Shown: one piece after another, positions 45,491 to 56,610 of the stretch
Layout: every line of letters begins with the position of its first letter
How positions within the stretch are numbered: the first letter of the stretch is position 1
Origin: Corallococcus exiguus
Lineage (GTDB): Bacteria > Myxococcota > Myxococcia > Myxococcales > Myxococcaceae
NCBI RefSeq assembly: GCF_017302975.1
Contig: NZ_JAFIMT010000003.1
DNA: 64,000 bases
Reading direction: 5' to 3' (one strand)
The notes under the pieces: model-generated
Told to the model about the DNA's origin: nothing
Databases searched by the model: none
The model's input: the letters and a program-made list of their open reading frames with translations, nothing else
Translations under genes and position numbers: made by a program

Positions 45491-46408
45491 ATGCCTGACA
45501 CTACCTACCGTGTCGTAGCTGGCGATACACTTTCCGATATAGCTATCCGCCACAACACTTCAATCGAAGCGCTCGCCAGCGCAAACTGCATTCTAAACCC
45601 CAATCGCATCCTTATCGGCCAACTTCTGCGGATACCAAGCCAACACAACAGGCCACCCATGCCCGCGAAGAGGCAAACAGAAGCACCTACGAGCGCACTC
45701 TCCACCAAGACTCCGCACGCCAAGTCGCAAAAAACCCAAGCCGATAGATCATCACCTCAATCCGGCTACAAATCTATCAATATCGACTCCTTCCTATCAG
45801 TCAATCAAGCATCAAACTCCCAGGCAGCCATCATCATCGGGAATGCCGAGGGAACTCGGACCCCTCACGGGGGAAAGACGTGGGCATTTGGAAGCCACTC
45901 CGATCCGGGAAACAATAAAACCAATAAGGGCTCTTTCTCATATCAAGACAACATCGTCAAAACGCCTGAAGAGGCAGATCGCAAGCAACTCAAGTCGCTT
46001 CGCGCAAGGATTCCTGAATACCTTCGGGCAGCCAAGAACGCAGGTCTGGATCCGAACAATGCGCTGCTGGCAGCGGCATTTTTTGACAGCCGGAACCAGT
46101 CACAGGCAGCAGGCGACCGATTCCTGCGACAGTTCTCCTATCTCACGGAGAAGGAAATCGCCCCGGGGGCTATTGTCGAAGCACGGATTCGCAGTTGGGT
46201 AGACCCCAGAACGAATCAACGCTACCTGACGAAGAAGGGGAAGCCAGTAGCAGGCGGCTTGGCCAAGATCGCGCAGCGGAGGGCAAAAAAGGAAGGTCGC
46301 GTGTTCCGAGGCGAAGAGGATGTAATCCGCGAGATACGTTTGGATCAGAAACGGCGGATCATGGCAATGATAGAGGCGCTCAAAGCACAGGGACTCACAA
46401 CCCCCTGA
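45491..46408 (+). CDS. N-terminal LysM-domain protein with an unknown C-terminal domain, 305 aa (candidate effector)
   Basis: The N-terminus is MPDTTYRVVAGDTLSDIAIRHNTSIEALASANCILNPNRILIGQLLRIP. The ORF is low-GC. Confidence 0.6.
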   Translation: MPDTTYRVVAGDTLSDIAIRHNTSIEALASANCILNPNRILIGQLLRIPSQHNRPPMPAKRQTEAPTSALSTKTPHAKSQKTQADRSSPQSGYKSINIDSFLSVNQASNSQAAIIIGNAEGTRTPHGGKTWAFGSHSDPGNNKTNKGSFSYQDNIVKTPEEADRKQLKSLRARIPEYLRAAKNAGLDPNNALLAAAFFDSRNQSQAAGDRFLRQFSYLTEKEIAPGAIVEARIRSWVDPRTNQRYLTKKGKPVAGGLAKIAQRRAKKEGRVFRGEEDVIREIRLDQKRRIMAMIEALKAQGLTTP

Positions 46409-46678
46409 GCGACTCCAGCATGAGCAAAGAATTGACCAACCAACTGCAACAATGTTGCACCCAAGAAACAGCTGACACGTCGGCGCTAGGCATCCATGAT
46501 GCACGCATCTGAAGCCAAGCGCGTGCGGGTTTCTCCAGCCAAGAGCGCCTCCCCAGACCGCAAAGACAAAGCCAAAGTCTTCGGGATTCCGTGTTGGGTG
46601 CATCAAATCCTTGCCCAGGACCACGATCGGCGTCGCCTTGCTGTGGCAAGGACCAGGACAACCGGGTAAATCTGCACA

Positions 46679-47011
46679 ATGGTGACGATGACCCAAAATC
46701 GTGACCGGCCCTCCGCGAGGAGTATCTGCGGCGGCACGTTGCTGGGGATCCTCTTGCTGGCCGCTTCTTGCAAGCAGCCGGAGACGAAGCCGGCGGAGCC
46801 CCCTTCTCCAGCGCCCCGGGAGTCCTCCGTTCTCGCGAAGCCCATCTCGATGGAGATCAACGGCTACAACTACACCGACCTCGCCATCGACAGCTTCGAG
46901 GTGAACGGCCAGGGCGGAGGTGACCTCTCGGTCAGTTCGACCACCAGTGGTGGCGGCAAGGGCACCTGCTGTCTGGGACTCTCGCCTGGCACGAAATTCC
47001 CGTGGAGCTGA
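46679..47011 (+). CDS. Small lipoprotein with lipobox LLLAASC. It may be the 5' part of a frameshifted longer gene that continues to about 47250.
   Basis: MVTMTQNRDRPSARSICGGTLLGILLLAASCKQPE... Protein-like reading continues in the other two frames, for example HLGVRFFPDGRIDAELTEGCPDLKLKLDRVDMGRRKPAGNLVQDEQSAKCRDGNVP. Confidence 0.4.
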   Translation: MVTMTQNRDRPSARSICGGTLLGILLLAASCKQPETKPAEPPSPAPRESSVLAKPISMEINGYNYTDLAIDSFEVNGQGGGDLSVSSTTSGGGKGTCCLGLSPGTKFPWS

Positions 47012-47347
47012 CCCTCCGGTGGACACGGGACCGGAAGCGATGGTGTGAGAAATCCGTCCAGCTCGCAGCCCTGTCACCGCCGACCCGCGTCACCTTGGAG
47101 TGCGCTTCTTCCCGGATGGACGCATCGACGCAGAGCTCACCGAAGGCTGCCCAGACTTGAAGTTGAAGCTCGATCGGGTGGACATGGGCAGGCGCAAGCC
47201 CGCTGGGAACTTGGTCCAGGACGAGCAGTCAGCGAAGTGCCGTGATGGCAATGTTCCCTGAGCAGGACAAGCAGCAGAATCAAGAGCACGGGCTGATCAC
47301 CCAAGGCTCTTGGGTTTCAGGTCATCTTTTCCTGGAGGTTGGACGTC

Positions 47348-48118
47348 GTGAAAAATGCCTTTATCATTCTCTCGGGTGGCCCCTCCACCTACGATCCAAA
47401 GGACCCGGAACTGCATGACCAGAGCTGGGACAACTTCGTCACCGCTCCCCTACTCCGGTCGAACGGAGGTACGCTGCACGCCCCAAAGACAGAGGACGTG
47501 CACTGGCTGATCTATGAGCCTGCCTACAAGGACCGCTGGACCAGCGATCTGGCCAGTCAGAAGTCAGCGCCGACCCAATACGGGCACACCGTCAAGATCA
47601 AGAACCGGCACAAGCTGAACTATCTGGACCACCTCAAGTCCGGCGCCAAGGACCGCGGCTGGAAGTACGAGGGTATCTCGACGGCCCAGGGATTCTGGGA
47701 CTACATCAACAAGCTCAAGGGCACCAAGGTGAGCCGGGTCTGGTTCTACGGTCATGCCAGGGATGACCTGTGGCTCTCGCTGAATCACCGTGCCAGCGAC
47801 CATGTGGCCGTCTCACCCGACTCCGATGCGATCCTGACCTCTGATGACATCAAGAAGCTCGCAGCGTTCTCCTTCGTTCCACAAAAAGCAGCGACCCATC
47901 CCCACAAGTTCTTCGGCTGCAATACGAAGGCCTTCGCAGAAAAGTGGGCCAATGCGGTTTCAGTCTTCGCGGAGGGCTCCTCGGGCAAGGTGGGCTTTGA
48001 GAAGATCCATGAGCGCGGAGGAAAGGTAAGACTCAGTGCCGGAGCCCGGTGGTATCAATATTCCAAGGCGTCGGCCCCGCGGTTGCTCCACTTGAAGGCC
48101 GGAGAAGAGGTGGATTGA
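47348..48118 (+). CDS. Hypothetical protein of about 256 aa (candidate toxin or effector). GTG start at 47348; the track gives TTG at 47339.
   Basis: GGAGG lies 9 nt upstream of GTG 47348. The ORF has lower GC and no signal peptide. Confidence 0.5.
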   Translation: MKNAFIILSGGPSTYDPKDPELHDQSWDNFVTAPLLRSNGGTLHAPKTEDVHWLIYEPAYKDRWTSDLASQKSAPTQYGHTVKIKNRHKLNYLDHLKSGAKDRGWKYEGISTAQGFWDYINKLKGTKVSRVWFYGHARDDLWLSLNHRASDHVAVSPDSDAILTSDDIKKLAAFSFVPQKAATHPHKFFGCNTKAFAEKWANAVSVFAEGSSGKVGFEKIHERGGKVRLSAGARWYQYSKASAPRLLHLKAGEEVD

Positions 48119-48831
48119 TGAGGTCGCGCGGGTACATGGCAGCCCTGGCCCTGGTCTGCGTCGGGAGTGTGAGCCTCTATTTTCACCTCACACCGTCCCC
48201 TTCCAAGCCCACCCCGCCCGATGCCCCAGAGGTCATTCCCGAGTACTTCGCGGAGCAGACCTCGGACTGCGACGTGGACCTGTTGAACCTAGCGTCTTCG
48301 GAGGCAGGCCCTTTCAAGCGGGTCCTGCCCGTGGGTGCGAACCGGCCTCGCGAGCGGTTGCGCCGCAATGTTTGGGAGCAGGGCCGGTACCTGGTCCGGG
48401 GGCGCTTCACAGGTAAGGTCCGTGAGTTTCAAGAGTGCGCCAGCTTCCCCGAGTTCGAAGTGCTCGAGTTCAAGCCTTGGGGCCCTGTGCAACGGTGCGC
48501 CTCCCCCGGTGCCCTTGATGCGGATCTGCTGACGTATACCGGCGACCTCCCCAAGGACCGCTACGCCCCCGAGGACTTCCTGGACGGGCCCTGGCCTCCG
48601 TCGATTGACGATCGCTCTTGCAGGCGTGTCGCTGCTTGCGCGTTGGACCAGCGCCGCGCCGATTCCCGTGGATCTCCCGAAGACATCATTGACGGAGAGG
48701 AGGATCCCTCGCTGGATGGCAGGTTCTGCCATCCCGTGACCTGCGAGCCTGGAGAGAAGCGGGTCGATGCCTGCTCAGGAATCATCTGGTGCTGCCGACT
48801 CTTGCCTGCGGAAGAGCCGCCCGCTCCGTAG
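48118..48831 (+). CDS. Membrane-anchored Cys-rich protein, 237 aa (candidate immunity protein). Its ATG overlaps the upstream stop.
   Basis: MRSRGYMAALALVCVGSVSLYFHL is a signal anchor. The C-terminal half is Cys-rich (CRRVAACALD...CHPVTCEPGEKRVDACSGIIWCCRLL). Confidence 0.5.
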   Translation: MRSRGYMAALALVCVGSVSLYFHLTPSPSKPTPPDAPEVIPEYFAEQTSDCDVDLLNLASSEAGPFKRVLPVGANRPRERLRRNVWEQGRYLVRGRFTGKVREFQECASFPEFEVLEFKPWGPVQRCASPGALDADLLTYTGDLPKDRYAPEDFLDGPWPPSIDDRSCRRVAACALDQRRADSRGSPEDIIDGEEDPSLDGRFCHPVTCEPGEKRVDACSGIIWCCRLLPAEEPPAP

Positions 48832-48870
48832 CCATCCCCCGTAACGAACGCATGGACGTTCGCTCCGCAC

Positions 48871-49368
48871 TCAGAGGGCCCTGCGCCGCAAGGCCTCCAC
48901 GAAGCTCGCATCCGAAGCCAGGCGCGTGCGGGTGTCCCAGTCCAGATGCCCCTGTTCGTCCGGAGGCGCGGACGCCCGCGAAGCCAGCACGGTGAAGCCC
49001 TGTGCCTGGATCTCCACGACGTCCTCGTCCCTGGTCCTCAGCACCAGATCTCCGGTCGCTCCCACGGGCAGCACCGTGGAGAACGAATAGGACAGGAGCC
49101 CCGCGCTCGTGGTTTCCAGGGGGAACTGCACGACGATCCAGCATCCCGTCGGGACCCGTGCCTCCTGGAAGGGCCAGGTCACCGCTCCCAGGTCGTGGAA
49201 GCACAGCCAGACCCTTCGGAGCTCCGTGTCGGGTGTCTCGCTGAGGGGCGAGTCCAGATCGAGCACCAGGCCCCAGGGGAGCACGTCCCACCTGATCGCG
49301 ACCACCCGCGAACCCTGCGCGACTCCGAACCGCTCGGCCCCCCGCAGCTCCACGACCGCCTCATCCAT
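48871..49368 (-). CDS. Hypothetical protein, 165 aa
   Basis: ORF with a GAGGAG RBS. The N-terminus is MDEAVVELRGAERFG. Confidence 0.45.
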   Translation of the reverse strand: MDEAVVELRGAERFGVAQGSRVVAIRWDVLPWGLVLDLDSPLSETPDTELRRVWLCFHDLGAVTWPFQEARVPTGCWIVVQFPLETTSAGLLSYSFSTVLPVGATGDLVLRTRDEDVVEIQAQGFTVLASRASAPPDEQGHLDWDTRTRLASDASFVEALRRRAL

Positions 49369-49388
49369 GGCGTTCCCGCTCCTCGTTT

Positions 49389-51395
49389 TCAGGCCGCCGC
49401 GGCCACCTGCCCATAGTAGTGCGCCGTCAGCTCGCCCTCGGTGGCGAAGCGGGGATAGCGGCCCTCGGCCAGCGTGGGCGCGTCCGGCAGGGCATTGGCG
49501 CTGGAGTGCTCCAGCAACACGGCCAGGAAGCGCGCGTAGGCCTCTCGCGGCGCGAGGCCGGGATAGCGCTCCGACAACCCGAGCCCGGCGGCCGGGATGC
49601 GCAGCACGGTCGGCCCTCGCGCCATGTCCCCCCAGGACACCACCAGGTCGGTGAGCACCGTCTGCCGGGGGGCCGCCCCTTCGGGCCCGGCGATGGGCAG
49701 CATTCCCACGGCCACCGCCATGACCTCCGTGACGGCCAGCGACCGGCGCTGTCCTCCCTGGGCCTCCACCATCAGGGCCTTGTCGGAGAGCCCCAGGATG
49801 CGACAGGGGATGATTCGAGGGGGCAGCGTGGAGCCCCTGGACGGCTCGGGCGCCAGGGCCGCGACGGCTTGAGTCCTTGGCGTGGCGGACTCCGTGTCCA
49901 AGGCGATTCCCCGGTCCTTCCTCCGCGCCTCCATCCGGACCGCCTCCTGCTCCAGTTGGCCAATCCGTTCCGCCAACGCGGCGGCATCGCCTGTCGCCAT
50001 CGGCTTTGCCCGGCTCAGGTACTCCGCCGCCTTCTCAGGCGCGTCACGGCGCGCCAGCCGCAGCTCCGCGGCGCGAATCAGGGCACGCACCGCCATGGCG
50101 CCGGTGCCCTTGCCGGCCGCGGCGTAGAGCGACTCGGCCATCCCCACGGAGTTGGAGGGAGCCCCCTCCTGGTCCATCCCCTGCGCCACGCGCCAGGCGA
50201 CACCCGGGCGCAGCCGGTCCACAGGGAACAGCTCCCCCAACTGGTCCACCGCGTGCCAGAGCGGTTCGGGGACCTCATGTCCCACCAGCAGTTGCAGTGC
50301 CTTCTCCACTCGCGCGGAGCCGGAAGGCACCCGGCCGTCCTCCAACTCCATCCGCCCCAGGGAGAGCAGCGCCTCGGTGTTGTCCGGATGGTCCGCCAGG
50401 ATGCGCTGGAAGGTCGCCCTCGCCTTCTCACGGTCGCCGCCGTCCAGCGCCGTCTGTGCCTCCAGCATGCGAGGGTCCACCACCCAGCCCCCCTCACGCG
50501 CGGCAATGGCGGGGGCGACGAAGCGCTCCTCCAGGCGTGTCACGCGCAGCGCGCTGGCCGCGCCGAAGCCGAAGACAAATCCACCGATGTGCGCCATCAC
50601 CGCGACGCCTGAGTTGTTGCCCCAGAGGAAGTCGAGCACCTGGTTGCCGAACCAGAGTCCCGCCCACAGCCAGCCCGGAACACCGAAGGTGCCGCGCCAG
50701 ATTTTCAGGAACCAGAAGAGGTAGCCCACGCGAACCTTGCGCATGGCGAAGCGCAGACAGAACGCGCCCATGCACGCCGCCACCGCTCCGGAGGCACCGA
50801 CCATCAATGTCTGGGATTGCGTGTCGAGCGCGAAGTGGGCAATCCCCGCCACCAGGCCCCCTACCCCGTAGAACGCCGCGAACAACGGCCGGCCCCAGGC
50901 GTCCTCGAGCAGCAACCCCACGACGTAGAAGAACAGCATGTTCCCCAGCAGGTGCATCCACCCGAGGTGCAGGAACATGTACGTCAGCCAGCCCCACTGC
51001 AGCAGGCCCCGCGCGGGCACGAGCCCCAGGCGGTGGAGCAGCCCCGAATCCCTCGCCTCCAGGACGCTCGCACAGTGCGCGTCGAGCCGCGCCTGGAGCG
51101 CAATCACATCCACGTCCCAGGCTGGCGTCTCCGCCTCCTTCTTCAGCTGGGCCAGCAGCGCCTTGCCGTGCTCACTGAGCAGCGCGGTGCAGCCCGGGGG
51201 CAGCTCCAGGTCGGGATGGGCGAGCGTCTCCTGGAGCAGCTCGCGAAGGTCGCCCTCGCCCACTCCGCCCGGGTTCGAGGGAACCACCCAGGTGAAGAAG
51301 AAGGCCACGGCACAGATGGCGGCGATGGAGACGGAGACCCAGGGGCGACGGTCCAACGTCGCACCATCCACTCCAAGCGGGAGCAGGAACACCAT
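49389..51395 (-). CDS. Rhomboid-family intramembrane serine protease fused to C-terminal TPR repeats
   Basis: GASGAVAACMGAF ... HIGGFVFG are the rhomboid catalytic Ser and His motifs. A TPR region follows. The start MVFLLPLG is at 51395. Confidence 0.7.
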   Translation of the reverse strand: MVFLLPLGVDGATLDRRPWVSVSIAAICAVAFFFTWVVPSNPGGVGEGDLRELLQETLAHPDLELPPGCTALLSEHGKALLAQLKKEAETPAWDVDVIALQARLDAHCASVLEARDSGLLHRLGLVPARGLLQWGWLTYMFLHLGWMHLLGNMLFFYVVGLLLEDAWGRPLFAAFYGVGGLVAGIAHFALDTQSQTLMVGASGAVAACMGAFCLRFAMRKVRVGYLFWFLKIWRGTFGVPGWLWAGLWFGNQVLDFLWGNNSGVAVMAHIGGFVFGFGAASALRVTRLEERFVAPAIAAREGGWVVDPRMLEAQTALDGGDREKARATFQRILADHPDNTEALLSLGRMELEDGRVPSGSARVEKALQLLVGHEVPEPLWHAVDQLGELFPVDRLRPGVAWRVAQGMDQEGAPSNSVGMAESLYAAAGKGTGAMAVRALIRAAELRLARRDAPEKAAEYLSRAKPMATGDAAALAERIGQLEQEAVRMEARRKDRGIALDTESATPRTQAVAALAPEPSRGSTLPPRIIPCRILGLSDKALMVEAQGGQRRSLAVTEVMAVAVGMLPIAGPEGAAPRQTVLTDLVVSWGDMARGPTVLRIPAAGLGLSERYPGLAPREAYARFLAVLLEHSSANALPDAPTLAEGRYPRFATEGELTAHYYGQVAAAA

Positions 51396-51628
51396 GACGG
51401 TAGCCTCACCTCGGCGGGCGGGGCCCCCACCCATGCAGCACCACGCGGAGCAACTCCACGCGTTGCGCACGGACATAGCACGCCAGGGTGCACGCCTTCA
51501 TCCGGCGCTCCAGCCATGAGATGTCTTCAAATCAGCCAAACCAGCCATGTCGGGCAATTCAGAAGCGACCTGGCCAACGACAGACATCGCGGCCCCCGGA
51601 CCCGCAGGGGCCGCGAATCTTCACGGTG

Positions 51629-54880
<3,252 letters not shown>

Positions 54881-55022
54881 CGGGCGCCCCCCATACCAAC
54901 GTCCGCCGCCACATGCACGCGGTGCGTTGTGGCATCCGAAGAGACCGTCCGATGCCTGCTTGCTCGGGAGACCCCGGCCCGGCGTCCTCTGCTACGCTGC
55001 CGCGCTTCCCTCCGGAGGTTTC

Positions 55023-55775
55023 ATGCGTCGCTGGCCCCTGGCCCTGCTCGTCCTTCTCTCCGCGCCCGCCCTCGCCCAGGACACCGCTCCGGCCGCCACG
55101 CCCGCCCCCGCCGAGCCCGCCCCGGCGCCGGCCCCCGCAGCGCCCACGCCGGCTCCGACGCCCGCCCCCGTGGAGGCCCAGCAGCCCCCCGCGGCACAGA
55201 CGCCAGCGGCGGCTCCCACTCCGGCCCCTCGCAAGCCCACGCCCGCCCCCACCCCGCCCCCGGGCTCCGTGCCCATGTCCCCCACGGCGCGTCCGCCCAC
55301 GCCGGCCACCCCCTCCTCCGCGGGCACCGTCACGCTGGGCCCGGGCCGTGAAGCCGCGCGTCCCACCGAGGAGGACCTGTCCCCCGAGGGCATCGCCCGT
55401 TCGGTGATCCACAACGAGGCGCGCTTCCTCTTCCAGAGCCTGCTGACGGGGGATGTGCGCAACGCGTCCACGGAGCTGATCTTCCCGTTCCAGCTGGAGG
55501 ACAAGCGCTTCAATACGCCCGACGAGCTGGTGCAGGCGTGGGTGAAGCAGCTGCGCTCGCGGCGCACGGACCTCGTCACGCTCTACGACATCGAAGTGCT
55601 GCCCATCGCGGAGATGGAGAAGAAGTACGGCAAGCCGCCCGCGCGCCTGGGGCTGGATCCGCGCGCGCTCAAGGACACCTGGGCCGCGGTGGGCAACCTC
55701 TCCGGCCACGCAGCCATCTTCCTCTTCCGCGGCAGCCCGGACCTGAGCTGGCACGCCTTCGCGTACACGGACTGA
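55023..55775 (+). CDS. Secreted Pro/Ala-rich protein of 250 aa, unknown function
   Basis: The signal peptide is MRRWPLALLVLLSAPALAQD. A GGAGG RBS is present. Confidence 0.55.
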   Translation: MRRWPLALLVLLSAPALAQDTAPAATPAPAEPAPAPAPAAPTPAPTPAPVEAQQPPAAQTPAAAPTPAPRKPTPAPTPPPGSVPMSPTARPPTPATPSSAGTVTLGPGREAARPTEEDLSPEGIARSVIHNEARFLFQSLLTGDVRNASTELIFPFQLEDKRFNTPDELVQAWVKQLRSRRTDLVTLYDIEVLPIAEMEKKYGKPPARLGLDPRALKDTWAAVGNLSGHAAIFLFRGSPDLSWHAFAYTD

Positions 55776-55824
55776 AGACGCCAAGGAGCGCCCGGCGTGA
55801 CTCCCGGGCGCCCCGCTGCCTTCG

Positions 55825-56442
55825 TCAAGGCGCCGGCTGCAGGGTGATGCTCACGGGATCCGGGTCCTGGATCACGATCAGGATGTCGGACGAGGTCTTG
55901 AAGCCATCCCGCTCGGCTTCAATCATGTAGACGCCGGACGCCAGGTCCACGGAGAACTCCCCGGACGTATTCGTGGTCGCGCGCGCCAGGACCTCGTCCG
56001 TCTCGTAGTCCAGGATGGCGATGTAGACGCCGACGAGCACCGTCCCGTCCGCCTGCTGGACCTTGCCGGACACGCGGATGAGGGTGGCCTTCAGGTTGAA
56101 GGACATGGCGAAGGTCATGCCCGCCTCCACCTCGACCTCCTGCTGCTCGATGTCGTAGCCCGGACCCGCGGCCATCAGGGTGTAGTTGCCCGGCGGGAGC
56201 GAATCGAAGCTGAACTTGCCCTGCGCGTCCGAGATGACCGTCTTGTCGGTCTCCAGGAGGGTGACCTCGAAGTCCTTGAGCGGTTCGCCTTGCTCGGACA
56301 GGACGACGCCCGTCACCCGGCCGGGCCGGGGCTCGTTGTCGCCTGGATCCTTGGGGGAACCGGCGTCGGGGTCGCAAGCGGACAACACAACAGCCATCAG
56401 GAGCGCGCAGAGCACGCTGCCTCGCGTCTTCAGGGTCATCAT
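55825..56442 (-). CDS. Lipoprotein with CarboxypepD_reg-like domains, 205 aa
   Basis: Lipobox VVLSAC. Two carboxypeptidase-regulatory-like beta-sandwich motifs are present (GVVLSEQGEPL..., SGKVQQADGTV...). Confidence 0.65.
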   Translation of the reverse strand: MMTLKTRGSVLCALLMAVVLSACDPDAGSPKDPGDNEPRPGRVTGVVLSEQGEPLKDFEVTLLETDKTVISDAQGKFSFDSLPPGNYTLMAAGPGYDIEQQEVEVEAGMTFAMSFNLKATLIRVSGKVQQADGTVLVGVYIAILDYETDEVLARATTNTSGEFSVDLASGVYMIEAERDGFKTSSDILIVIQDPDPVSITLQPAP

Positions 56443-56610
56443 GGGTGGGTTCTTCCGGGTGAGCGCGCTCCGGCCGGCGCGACGCCTTCCGCACCTGGCC
56501 CGCGTGGGGGCTCGACGGTGCGTCCGGTGGCCTTCCAGACGACGAAGCGGCCTGGGAATTCATCGTCCCAGACCGCTTCTTCCCTTCACCGCGAGGTGGA
56601 TCCGCCCGGA

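Larger units (their letters stand above)
45270..48840. other. Lower-GC accessory island (visibly about 50-58% GC against about 70% in the flanks), likely horizontally acquired
   Basis: An obvious drop in G+C and a change in codon usage, for example atgcctgacactacctaccgtgtcgtagctggcgatacactttcc. Confidence 0.6.

Noticed and set aside
46100-47077. 325-aa minus-strand ORF in the low-GC island
   Set aside because: It is Cys/His/Arg-rich and low-complexity. It is antisense to the LysM gene's 3' end and to the lipoprotein ORF. Its start is poor.
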